DNA of 63,115 nucleotides, the filler included, from Sphacelaria rigidula (taxonomy: Eukaryota): NCBI GenBank assembly GCA_964200075.2. It is 7 parts of 7 records of this genome, joined end to end, with 100 filler letters (N's around TTAATTAATTAA, not from the genome) between each part and the next. Parts side by side here need not be neighbours in the genome. Positions count along the whole stretch, not along the records: positions 18,064 to 26,994 come from CAXNAA020009722.1; positions 27,095 to 36,025 come from CAXNAA020009723.1; positions 36,126 to 45,055 come from CAXNAA020009724.1; 4 more parts are not named here. One strand, given 5' to 3'. Shown here in pieces: positions 26,111-37,632 of this stretch. Position 1 is the first letter of the stretch; each line of letters begins with the position of its first letter. Made by a program: the position numbers and the translations under genes. Below the pieces are notes generated by a model that saw nothing but the letters and a program-made list of their open reading frames with translations, was not told where the DNA came from and did no database searches.

Positions 26111-26579
26111 TCTCACATCAGCTGATTGCAACAATCCAGCCCGTGGTCAGGAGCTGCAAAACAGGAACAGAATAATAAGAAGAAAAGGGAAAGAAAGGAA
26201 CGGAAAAAGACAGAAGCAACGGCCTCAGAAAGGAAAGAAGGGAACAGCGATAACAACAAAAACAACACCACCACCAACAACAACAAACAACAACAGCAAG
26301 AACGAACAGCACCAGCAATAACAACAAAATAACGACAGACAAACACATACATGCACAAACACTAACACAAGCACAAGCACGAGTAACACAAACAGATGAT
26401 GATCGCGCATTACGCAGCTGATTGCAACAGTCCAGCTCGTAATCAGAAGAAAGGAGAAAAATGACAGAATGAAAAAAGTGAAAGAAGAAGAAAAACTAAA
26501 ATAATAGAACGTAATGAAAGGAATACAAGAGACAAGAAGACAGGGTCAGGCTCGTTCCGGCGGCAGCGGGGGGGGGCAG

Positions 26580-26680
26580 GGGGTGTACTCATGATCATGC
26601 ATGCCATAGTCATCAGACCATTGACCTCGCATCCCTACAAAGCCGGGACGGAGCATGCCGGGTTTTTACCGGACCAGGCT
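26580..26680 (+). repeat. Full ~100-bp GTACTCAT element between G tracts
   Basis: GGGGTGTACTCATG...GGACCAGGCT with G runs on both sides. Confidence 0.8.
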
Positions 26681-26994
26681 TGGGGGGGGAGCACAGACGA
26701 AACAAAAACAGACAAGGAAAAATGAAACCACCAGGAACAACAAATAAACAAATCAGAGATGGGGACCAAACAAAATGCTTTACGTTTATCCCATGCCACA
26801 CACGACTTATGAAATATGTAGGCGTAGGCCAGGATTACTATTCCGATGTGCTAGGGATGACCCGAAAACACTTGCAAACGGGGGTGCCCTGACCCATTTT
26901 CTTGTGAATCTAGAATCTTAGGAGCCCGTGAACCAGACAAGATTTCGCGCAAAAAGTGCACCCCTACCGTAGCATTGCTCCGCCCAAGTGCACC

Positions 26995-27094
26995 NNNNNN
27001 NNNNNNNNNNNNNNNNNNNNNNNNNNNNNNNNNNNNNNTTAATTAATTAANNNNNNNNNNNNNNNNNNNNNNNNNNNNNNNNNNNNNNNNNNNN
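26995..27094. other. Artificial contig linker
   Basis: N44-TTAATTAATTAA-N44. Confidence 0.97.
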
Positions 27095-27292
27095 AAAAAG
27101 AAAAAAAATAAAAACATCTCCCCCCCCCCCCCCCCCCCCCGCATTGAGGATCGAAAAAGGAAAAGGGGTTATCGGTCCGGGAGCTTTTCTTTCATCAACC
27201 TTTGGGCTACATGGTACGTGAGCCGTAGACTGGTACAACGATTGCCTCTCCCAGAAAAGTGATTGGTTTGAGGGGGCAATACCTGCACGTTA

Positions 27293-27455
27293 ATCAAAAT
27301 GACAAAAGCCGAGCGCACCGAGAAGCTGGGAACTCCCACGCTTGAGATCGTTCGTTGACGTCGCTCCCATGAGGCGCTTCGTGCAGTCCGAAATCATCCA
27401 CCATCCGCTGTATCGCCACTTTCTTCGTGACAATTTCTGGGCTGTTTTCGCGGGT
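27293..27455. repeat. Dispersed repeat, second copy at ~29672-29835
   Basis: Shared TCAAAATG...AGCCGAGC, CTGGGAA(C/T)TCCCACGCT, CATGAGGCGCTTC(G/A)TGCAG. Confidence 0.65.
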
Positions 27456-28329
27456 AAGGGTGTACTCATTTGTTGCTTGCCTTGGTAATTGGACCATTGA
27501 CCATGGATCCCCTTGGAGGCGGAGCGAAGGTTGATTTGGCGGGACGGGGCGGGAGGGGGGGAGTGGGGGAGGGGGGGGTATCGTGCGGCATCACTGAGTA
27601 GGAGGCCAAAAAAGCAAAAAATATGGAAATTGCATAGGGTGGCATACCGAACAAGTCAGAATAGGGCAAGGCAAGGGAAGACGACGCAAGGTATGCCAAG
27701 TCACGGTACGACGACGCGGCAATGACCAAGGGATGGTAGGACCAAAAGCCAGCCTGAAAAGAGGGAAAGGTGAATAACAAAAAGCAGGCCTGAACAGTTT
27801 GGGGGGTAGAACGGAATAGGACATGACAAAACAATATAATAATACAAAACAAACCGAGAACAAAACAAAATACAAGACAAGACGAAAAGAGGAGAGGGGA
27901 AAGTAAAAGAATGGCGGTGTCGTCGATCGGTCACGAATCTCGCAGTGGGGTAGGGTTTCCCCCTTCGTTTTCCGATTTAATTTTATTTCTCCCCTTGTCC
28001 CCTTTGCCGTTTCGCTTTTCTGTTGAGTCCGTCCGCAACCTCGCTCTCCCTCGTTTGCCCTTCTGCTTCATGTTTTGCTCTCTCCAAACGGCACTTCGCC
28101 GATGCTTTCTGTTCTTCTCAATGTGATTTCACCGTGAACCGTATTTCACCCGTTTCCCTACCTTGCCGTATAATTCGTCCGGTTCCTGGGCGCTCGTTTC
28201 CTGCCTATCTCCCCTCCTCCTTCTCTTTTTCCGTATCGAAGAACGCAGTATCCTGTTCTAGGCAATACGTCCAGTAGAGCTTTTATTGCCCCCTCTGCTG
28301 TACCCCTTCTCTCTCCTCCCCCCCCCCCC

Positions 28330-28640
28330 CTGCAACATTCCCGGCATGATGCGCTTCGGGAGCCGGTCGTCTCCCATACGCATGCGATGACTAATCCCGC
28401 GAAGAATAGTCTCCACCTTGGCAGGGTGGCCAAGAGGGTTTAGGTGCAAGTCGGTCTTGCGCGGAGGACCTCAGCGAAATATGCATGCAGGTGACCAAAT
28501 CAACGGCACAGACCGCAGCAACAATGGCCGGTATAGGGTGTGGGAGTGTTGAGCCTTCCACCTCAAGCAAAAATCCACCCTGTCTGACGGCCAAAGGGTC
28601 AACCAAGGTCAACCCTTCGGCCACGAAGCGACACTTCGTT
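28330..28640 (-). mobile_element. RTE-like LINE 3' remnant (frameshifted)
   Basis: ATLPRWRLFFAGLV plus RMGDDRLPKRIM match the post-RT region of RTE-clade LINEs (R..RL.W/FAGH..RM...RLPK). Confidence 0.6.
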
Positions 28641-30048
28641 ATTGAACTGGCACTTCAAATATAAGTGGATCTTCAGGAAATGGTGAAATATGTGTTGAAA
28701 GGCCAACTTTCGCGAAAAGCGTTTTGCACACATGCGCCTGTGCTAGGATCTACGTAATTTGCAGACCCACTCATGAATGATGAAATCCCTGCTTCGTATC
28801 CTGGAAAATGGGAGCGAGATTATTCCATGGGAACGAGCTGAGGTTGAAATTGTGTATCATATTACAACTAGGCGCCTGGCCCACATACATGCCTACCGTG
28901 AAGCGGTCTAGCCCAGCCTCCGGGTGATCGGTACACGAACGCGTTCGCGGGGTAGGTGTTGGGTGACGTTTCCTCCTTCCTTCAAGGGAAAAAGAAGGAA
29001 AAAGCATATTGCAACTGGTATTCGTCAAACCCATCTTTGAACGTTTCAAAGGTACGTTCGGCGGGTACCAGTTGCATTTCTATTTATATATACAATTTCG
29101 ACCGAATCTCCCCATGTTTCAGGAATTTCTTGCTTGTTCGAGATCTTGACTGACTTGCCCACATGCCGACCCTGTGACCCCGAGAAGTCGTCCTTTTGAG
29201 TTCATTCATGTGTGCAACTGATTCATAACTATTTTTTCCTGTTTGCTTCGATTTTACTCCAGGAAATATACTGTAAGATCTCACCCATGTCCTTCATGGT
29301 CAACACACATCTTGTCGAATTTGGGCCTGAAAAGCAAATCTGAGAAGAGGAAATAATGATAACCACCAATTAACTGATAGAAACGCGCTGCACATCGGCG
29401 AAATGGTAACTAAAAGTTATCGACACTCAGCCGTAGCGTAGACCCGGTAATAGTGTGGATACACCGGCGCGGTTGGCGACCCCCCGACAACAACAACATG
29501 AACACCGACAACAACAGCAGTAATGATAGTTATGTTGGACCCACAAATTTTTCACAACCTGGCGGGGTTGGGTACCTCTTCATATAACGATGGTAATCAG
29601 CCCCGGAGTCTTTCTACGATAGCCCCTCCCAAGAAAGTGGTTTTTATGGGGACGCGAAATCTACACGTGAGTCAAAATGGAAATAGCCGAGCACAACAAG
29701 AAACTGGGAATTCCCACGCTGTGATTCGTTTTCACCAATGTTGCCTACATGAGGCGCTTCATGCAGCTTGAAACCAAACATCAGGCGCAGTATGGCCACT
29801 TCCTTCATTACAGTTTTGAGCTGGTTTTGGGGGACTCTCGTGGAATAAAGACTGCCCGGTGATATTATGAGCGAAACACTGCGCACCAGCACACAACTGA
29901 AATAGGGGATTTTGTCATTTTTTTGTGGTTATCGAATTTCAATGACGATAATGCTTTCGCGTGTCACCGCTCATCCCAGTGAAGATTCGATCCCAAAGTT
30001 CGGGGGTCGGGAGATCAGTATCCCCTCCACATTCGGAAACATCAATCA

Positions 30049-30381
30049 CACACGCGGCCATTCGGCTACACCCCAAATTGCCTCCAGAGGGATGCGCGGC
30101 CCTCCAGGGGGAAAACAAGCCTCCGGAGGTCTTCCATCCCTCTAGAGGAGACCAATCTCTGCCGACCCGGAGGGCCGCGCACCCCTCCGGAGGAATCTGG
30201 GGGTATGCGTGGCCCTCCGGAGGCAAGAATAAGCCCCCTGAGGCGTTCAACCCCTCTGGAGGGAACCAAAAAATCTCCTCTGGAGGGCCGCGCACCCCTC
30301 CGGAGGCGTTTAATTCCTCTGGAGGCTCGAAAAGTGTACCCACCTGGAGGAAGTTTGGAGGTAGCCAAATGGCCGCGTGTG
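30049..30381. mobile_element. Nested MITE, CAC...GTG ends, TIR CACACGCGGCCATTYGGCTAC, probable CA TSD
   Basis: 21-bp TIR with one mismatch; about a dozen CCTCYRGAGG-type palindromes inside; paralogous empty site AAATCATCTG at ~3154. Confidence 0.85.
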
Positions 30382-30787
30382 CATCTCTGTGCTCAAACTA
30401 TTGACGACTTACGGGCTGACTGGCTTTCGGGGGTCCTGCCACTGCCCAGTCCCAGGCTCTGACCCTTGGATATTTTTGCTCGTTTGAAGCAATCCCGATC
30501 GTTCTCGTGAACAAATGGAATGTGAACCACATTTTTTTTAAAACCTGCCCCTGATCATCGCGCTAGAGCCAAAAAAATTGTTTTGTCCACCATCGACGGT
30601 CGGTAACACCCCCTGATAAACGAGATACGAGCACTCACTCCATATATATATATATATATCACCCCGACAACACCAAGTAAGTAAGGACTACGCCCTGCGC
30701 ACGACCTATTTCCGTACCCTTAATCTCTCGATACCAGGACTTTCGAGTGTTGAGGAAGATGTAAACGAAAAAAAAAGAAAAAATATA

Positions 30788-31481
30788 CGAGCTGGGCCAG
30801 CCTAAAAGCGGATTTAAGCTCTAAAAGCAATATCTCTTCGACGCAGACGAGTTGGGCCGTAATCCGCATATAATATCGTATTAATCGTCTAATCAAGGGG
30901 AAGGTGCCCATCTGCTCAAAAGTATGGGCCCATATTTTCTCGTTGATTAAGCCCCATGTCTAGTAATTCCTATACCTAAGGGAGATGGCGCCAATACCTT
31001 GCCAATACTAAAATCTCTATGAAACTACCGATCGATGCATTTAGCGGATGGCGACGAATTTTGGTGTGAAGAACCACAAAAGAGTGCCGAAATAAAAGAA
31101 ATGGGCCTTCATTTTTTTTTCAATAGAGGTTAGGGCGTTTTTGTGAAAAAAATGGTCTTCACCATAGTAGAACGCCCTAAACCAGTGAAAAAAAATGAAA
31201 AAAATCAACCTTACCCATTCTTTTTTGTTGAAAATGCCTTAGAGAGCGCCCATACCAAATTTCAATACACGGAAACCAAACGTGGGCTGGTGAGTGGCCT
31301 GCAAAATACTGTTCCGAATTTCTATCGACCCGTTTTTTGATAGGCCCATGCTCTTTTATAGATTTAGAGTTGGACCCTGAAATTTGGTATGTACAGTGCA
31401 TAGGACATAAAAACGAATTACTGAAGTACCAAGAGCATGGGCCTGCAAACTTTAAATCCGCCTTTAGGCTGGCCCAGCTCG
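30788..31481. mobile_element. Nested Tc1/mariner-type MITE (TA TSD)
   Basis: TA|CGAGCTGGGCCAGCCTAAAAGCGGATTTAA ... TTAAATCCGCCTTTAGGCTGGCCCAGCTCG|TA. Confidence 0.85.
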
Positions 31482-34400
31482 TACCCACTACTACGAAAAT
31501 TGCCCGACCGAGCTCTGCATAGCACAGGGGAGACCTCGGGGAGACCCAATCCCGATCGCTCTCGTGAGTAATTTTACCGACCCTCGTTTTCGGTTAGCCT
31601 ATTCATTGAGCTCGGGCCCAGAAGAAAAAATAAGAGGTTTTGGACGAAAAACGGTCATACACACCCCGTGTCAATTTCCAGCCCGTAAAAGTCGTTCGAT
31701 GTTGAGCGCAGTGATGGTGATTGTTGCTCGGAATGTGGAACGGATGCCTCATATTATCTCCCGATTCCCAAACTTCGAGATCTAACGTTCACTGGGATGA
31801 GTGGTGGCGCCCGGAAAAACTTTTGAAAATCGCCGATGACAAAAAAGTACAACAATCCCCTACGCCTCGTATTTCATATCCTCAAAACTATATATATAAT
31901 CCTGGGATATCCAAATGTAGACGCACTGGCAGTCCCAATTTCTGGTGAAAATATACATGGAGATTGGAAATGCATTTGTTGATCCTCTAACCGCCAGATT
32001 ACGTCATTTGTTGAATAAGCATCTTTTTCACTAAAAAAAAATCCAAGACCCAGACCACAACCCAGGTGGTGAAAGGGCCGAGTGTGGTACAACAGTCGGG
32101 GTCTTATACACCGTCATCGTAAGGTATGCTCACGCTTAACAATCTCTTGGATTAGTCATATCTTACGTACCTGAAATGCAACCTTGGAAAGAAATACACA
32201 TTACCCGGCAGAAAAGTTCGTGCCGTTCTGTGCGACCCGTGTGCGAGGTAAGTCCGTGCGTTGGCTGTGCTGAAGTGAGCCCAACGATGCACCTTGTATT
32301 TTTGTGGTTCCTTATGTTTGATTTGGTAGAGGCAAGTGCCGCAGTGATGGTTGTCCTGTGGAAGGAACGCTTGTGTTGTATCAAGAAATCTGCGGCACAG
32401 CACAGCGTACCGTGTTCTGGGGGCATCCTATGGAAATTGTTGGGGGTGGGTGCTGCGTGGTTTAGATTTGACCCGTGCGGGCAAAAGATACGAGGAAGAG
32501 CTGAGGCCATCCCTTCGTAGTCTCACCCGACTCTGTCCACTAGACTGTAGTGAGCTCGTTAGATGAAAAATGATGTTGACCAAGAGTGTCAGAGTGAGGA
32601 AGTGGACGTCTGTACTGCGGCAAAAACTGCTCCAGGCAAAGGCCCGCATTTTTGAAGAGACAACGGAAGGGGGCAGCGTCAACAGAATTGCAGTGCTTGT
32701 TGGCCTGTACTTAGATGTAGGGCTTTCCCTCTCCATGTAACGTGTTCGCCCGTGTTGTCAAGGTTAACCATGCGGGGCTAGAATTCCACTAGCGCGAAAG
32801 CTTGAGGGCCCTCAATGCGTAGGCCTTACAGTGTTCTATTTGCATCGCGTCCTGCTCGCCACCACATTGCTGTAGAAAGAACTCAACGAAAACGCGTCTC
32901 CCCGAAAGTACGTGACGGAAGAGTTGACCATTATGATGTCGTGGATTTTTTTGAATGTTGCCTTGTCCGTCCTTTGCTGCTTCAGGCAGTCACGGTGGAC
33001 ATTCCGTGTGTCTGTCTGTGCTGCAACTGCACCCGTCTCCGTCACCCACCCGCACTGCCTGCTGGAGTTGTTTTGACCAGCAGTTACCGTTGAGCCCTAT
33101 ATAGTGCAGCTGTCTGCCTCAAGTTGCCGAGCATGGTGCAACAGTGCCCATCGTACTCCATATTGTCGATCGTAAACATCAACATCTGCAGGGGAATAGC
33201 AGAAACAGCTCAATTCTTGCGGGATTGGGGTGCCTCTGGTCCCAATTCCCGAAAACACATCATGCATCCCCGAGTTGACCTCATGTGGATCACAATACGC
33301 GGATTGCACTGCGTACTCCACTAATTATGACAGCACGGAGCCTCTTGGCTGCGCCCCCAAATGGCACGTAGTTGCAATGGCGGTTGTTCATGGAGTATTC
33401 AACCTGGTCCACCTGGCCTCTTCGTTATTATCCTCGACACCGGCTCGTACGACTCACCGATTGATTCTGTACGACTCACCGATTCTCTTTTTCGCATGTC
33501 CGAAACGGTCTGTACAGACAGAGTAGTTTATGCTCGTAGTCTACCGTTCACATGTCGTGATAAAACATGCGTTCGAACCAAGAATGTGCGCACACGATTT
33601 TCCAGATTTGTACTGGACTGTAGAAGAGAAACCCTTGGAGAAGATGCCGTCTCTTTCCTGCATGTACTGCTACAATCTGATCTCACAGCGTCATGTGGAT
33701 CCACAAGAAAAGCGTCACTAGAGTGTAACAGCAGCTCTGCTTTTGGGGCGTCTCCTTCAACATGTGTACCCGACACGACGTACAACATTTCATTTGTTTT
33801 GTGCCTTTCTTGTTACTAGCCGTGCTTCTTTTTATTTCAAAATTTCCTGACGATGAGCCCTGACGCTCAACTGCAGAAGGAGTACAGAATTTCAATACAC
33901 GGAACAAGTACAGTACAAGTATTATTATACCATTGGTTGTACAGTGGAAGAAAACATGATTTTTTTATAAGTTCGGCTGCCTCTGCGCCCATCCCCTTCG
34001 AGGAACAATCGGAGGGCGCGTGGTCCATCGCGTTCAGTTGCAGTGTACGTGCCGAGCAGTAATCCTTTTGTTTGGGTCCCAGGAGGTGCGCCGTTGTTGT
34101 GCACGAATTTGATATGTGCAGCAATTGTTGAACTTGACGTGGAAGACTGCTAGAGTCCGTAGGGAGTCCTGAATTGAGGTGAGGCCTGCGTTTCGGTGTG
34201 TACGTGGTCGTTTTGTATCATCGGTGTTAGGCTTGTTTCAGCTCTGTCGCAGGTGTGCGTACATGTGAGACCACCCCTTGCTCGATATATTGTTCTTGGT
34301 TCCCGCGGGCTGTACACCAGCTGATATTATTCCTGGACACGGCTGTGACTTGAGTGCGTGATACTGTCCTGCACTTCACTGACGACCACCATCCTTCATA

Positions 34401-35629
34401 AAGTTCCCACACCCGGTACCGCAGTGCAATACAGGTTGCACAGACAGACAGTACAGACAACAGTATCTCCATTCGATCTTGACGTGCACAGAACCTTACC
34501 GCACATGTGAAATATTTGACCCGGTTTGAACATGAGAGTAATCGAACACATCCTCACTACGTTATATTTTGACACGCTTCCCTATTCGATATCATCACCC
34601 CTTTCCGTCCAGCACCAACAGCTTCCGTTGCGTTTTGATCCCCGTTGAGCCATCTGTGGAAAACAGTCAGTACGTTCACAGCAACCGACAGTAGAGCAGA
34701 GCATACAACAGTAGTAGCAGTGGAGTTTTTGCAAGTTCGTCGTCTCATCATGGTTGAATCATTCTTGATTTTGTCGAGTGTTGAGGACCATTTAGAGTGA
34801 GGTATATTGGAAGGCTGACAGTCCCGAGGACTCCCATCGTGCGTATCACGCGTTTTTTCTAGAGTCCGCGCCGGCGCCTATGGTGCTGATTGGAGATCCA
34901 CCGACGCACGCTTTGCCTAGAACACCGTATACGTATCGCTTGCCCGAGGGTTCTCGGTATGCCTTGGGTAAGGATTGGGGTTGACTTTCAAACGGGATGG
35001 CATGATGGGAACAACCTGCGTAAAACCCGCCTCGTGCACAACGGCGCTTCCTCTGCACGGCTGCCTGTAACAATCACAACACAATGACAAGGTCTAGGTG
35101 TATACACGTGCGAAGAAGCAACGTACTTAACAGTACAGTAGTACGTGAACCGCAATCTGAATACAGTACACATCCACGTTCTCGTGCGATTTACCCTTAA
35201 TCCGCTCCCCTGCCAAAATCTTCGCATCAAGACAGTTTTGCCGCCAACTTGACGGGAACCCAATCAACGAGGGAGCAGGAACAACAGAAGCTAAGTTGGT
35301 TGCTCAAGTGGTCGCACGGCAGCAGCGACGTATATCGGACAGCCGATCCGGATTCCGCCGCAAATCTTCCACGCTTTGGAGCTTGCCCTGGCGCGTGTTC
35401 GAGGGAAGCGGTCTGGTCTGCCAAGGTTGTGCACCGGCACGTTTCAAGAGGACGTTTTGCCTCGGGGGCACGGGAAGCTGCGGCAGCCGGTGCTGGAACT
35501 CGGGAATTGAAAAACGAATTTGGATTCGGCTTCGGTAGAGTTAACTAGTCACTGCGGACGGGGCGTGTAATTGTCTGGTCCGCCTTGATCCGACGGACGA
35601 AGAATTTATTCGAGGAGAAGGGGTTTATC

Positions 35630-35770
35630 ATGGCGATATCACTGGAGACGGGCCAGCTGGTGTTTGTGAGGGATGCCACGGAAGGATGGTTGCCTGCCAC
35701 AGTGGGGGCTACGAACGGTCAAGGAGAGGAAATGTCTCTGGAGCTTATTCATGGAAGTGGCACTGTAGAG
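35630..35770 (+). CDS. Probable first exon of a myosin heavy chain (N-terminal SH3-like domain)
   Basis: MAISLETGQLVFVRDATEGWLPATV fits the myosin N-terminal G..VWV.D..EGW..A.V motif; 47 codons, then GAG|GTACGT donor; contig ends soon after. Confidence 0.6.
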
Positions 35771-36025
35771 GTACGTGTGTGAATCAACGTCCTGCTACGC
35801 CGAGGGTTTTCATGGAATTGTGAAAAACTGCGGGTCGCTTCGGCAGTCTTGGTGTGTCAACACAAAGTTCGACTTGACGGTCGCGACGACGGAAAGTGCG
35901 TGCTGAACCCCTCGCTCAAGTAAAGAATAAGGCAAGCACCGCATAAGGAAGGTGGAGAACTAGAACAAATTGAAAAAAAAAAAACTCCTGCGCCGGCCTT
36001 CCTCCTGCGTGACCCCGCATGGTAC

Positions 36026-36125
36026 NNNNNNNNNNNNNNNNNNNNNNNNNNNNNNNNNNNNNNNNNNNNTTAATTAATTAANNNNNNNNNNNNNNNNNNN
36101 NNNNNNNNNNNNNNNNNNNNNNNNN
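36026..36125. other. Artificial contig linker
   Basis: N44-TTAATTAATTAA-N44. Confidence 0.97.
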
Positions 36126-36350
36126 CAAGGGCCTCAGTGGCCAGCTATTGCGGAAAGCATGTTGGGCCTTGTGGAATTGCATTTCGGAACTGAAACGATT
36201 TATTCACTGATTGGCCGCTTTTCACTCTCGATCGTATCATCGACTCTCAATCTCACGAAAACACTATTATTTTTCAATTCAACATAGAATCATATATATA
36301 TAATACACAGAGAAACGTTTTTCGGGTAAGACCCGCGGCCATGACAGTTT

Positions 36351-36706
36351 GTTGTTGTGTTGTCCCTCCTAGTATTATCCTGGACGCCGCTCTACACCTT
36401 TCGGCATATTTGGGCGCATCAGCTGGGGTCACACAGGACAAAGGCCAGCATTGGAGCGATTTTCTTCTTCATTCATTTCTAGTACCCCACGTTTCTTCTG
36501 CGGTGATTCTATATATTTCATCGCAAGAGGGGTTCAGCAGTCCTTTTCCTTCGTCAACCGTCGTGTCGAAATTTGTGTACCCACGACATGGTCGCTCTCT
36601 CCACTCTTGGATATGGTGTGAGAAAAAATCCCAGATCGCTCCGAGAATTGAACCCATGACGCGACCCTCAGAAGGTTTCGAGGTTACCAACCGAGCCACC
36701 GGGGTG
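36351..36706 (-). mobile_element. tRNA-derived SINE (~355 bp) with CAA/CA-rich tail
   Basis: Minus strand: A-box TGGCTCGGTTGG, B-box GGTTCAATTC; 3' end CCGAAAGGTGTAGA...GGGACAACACAACAAC shared with ~45190-45285 and ~54195-54252; possible TSD TGAC(T)AGTTT. Confidence 0.75.
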
Positions 36707-36870
36707 ACTAGTTTAGAATTCGTATTGAATCTTCAAGCCTGTCTGATGAGTCATGAATTGCGCCACAGGCCGTAGGGGGCACTTCCAGACTTTCAAGCAG
36801 AGCTGTTCACGGCAGCAGGAGGGGCGTGAGAAAATATCGCAATTTTATGCTCGTTTCAATCAGTTCATTA

Positions 36871-37228
36871 CAGGCTGGTCCGCCCAAGAAGTCACCAGGA
36901 ATGTTGAAGCGCATTCTCTCCGCTCAATTTTGTATCGTTCTCGATGAAAGGTCGACACGATGTGCAGGACGTCTGTGCGAAGACCCAACCTTTCCTCCCC
37001 TGTTTTTTTTCTTCGTGAGTTATTGGCAGTTTTGTCTCGAAAAAAGCTGTTCTGGAATTTTACTTCGCCAATAACTCACGGAAGAGAGAACAAAAACAGG
37101 GGTAGAAAAGTCCGCTGTTCGCACATACGTCCTGTACATCGTGTCAAAATTTCATCGAAAACGTTGCAAAATTGAGCGAAGAGAATGCGTTTCAACATTC
37201 CCGATGGCTTCTTGGGCGAACCAACCTG
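36871..37228. mobile_element. Fold-back Tc1/mariner-type MITE (TA TSD)
   Basis: TA|CAGGCTGG...CCAACCTG|TA; nearly the whole 358 bp is an imperfect inverted repeat. Confidence 0.85.
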
Positions 37229-37559
37229 TAACAATGTGCTCGAAACGCGCACAATGGTCAGCTGACTACCCTTCCGATTGGGTTCAGTCATCTCCCCTCT
37301 CGTCATATGGATAAATTGGGTGATGGAAAATCTCGATCCTTCTTTGTGCATTGACCGACTTCATTCTACACGATAGTTCAGTGGGGGTGTGCGCATCAGT
37401 CACTGGAGTTGGTGCCTTCTTTTCGTGCACTCCGACCTTGTACGGTTCTTGACTTTTCATTACTAGACGGGTTTGCCCGTGCCCGTTTGAAGTCAAATGC
37501 CGTGTTTTTTCCACAGTTCCTCTCCACTGTGGGCATGATAATAAAAGAGTCCAACAGCA

Positions 37560-37632
37560 TTTGATGTATGAGATTCGAACCCACACCAAGTGTAAAGAAA
37601 TTGACTGTCACCATCTGCGCCACCGCGATGGC
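37560..37632 (-). mobile_element. tRNA-derived SINE head (second family)
   Basis: A-box TGGCGCAGATGG and B-box GGTTCGAATCT on the minus strand; no valid cloverleaf. Confidence 0.45.

Larger units (their letters stand above)
26016..26980. mobile_element. Sola2-like MITE (GAG...CTC ends, 4-bp TSD CGCC) with ~700 bp of inserted repeats
   Basis: TIR core ATGCTACGGTAGGGGTGCA at both ends; CGCC at 26012-26015 and 26981-26984; colinear with the 249-bp copy at 54423-54671. Confidence 0.8.
29905..31860. mobile_element. Non-autonomous DNA transposon with long imperfect TIRs, TA-flanked, hosting two nested MITEs
   Basis: TA|GGGGATT...AATCCCC|TA; arms share CTCATCCCAGTGAA, TCGGGAGAT, TCCACATTC and TTACGGGCTG. 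Confidence 0.75.

Noticed and set aside
26595-26625. Hammerhead ribozyme suggested by CTGATGA on the minus strand
   Set aside because: No GAAA core or matching stems, and the motif is not conserved in other copies.
36625-36706. tRNA gene (also 37560-37632 and 10085-10190)
   Set aside because: Pol III boxes are present but no acceptor or anticodon stems; better explained as SINE heads.
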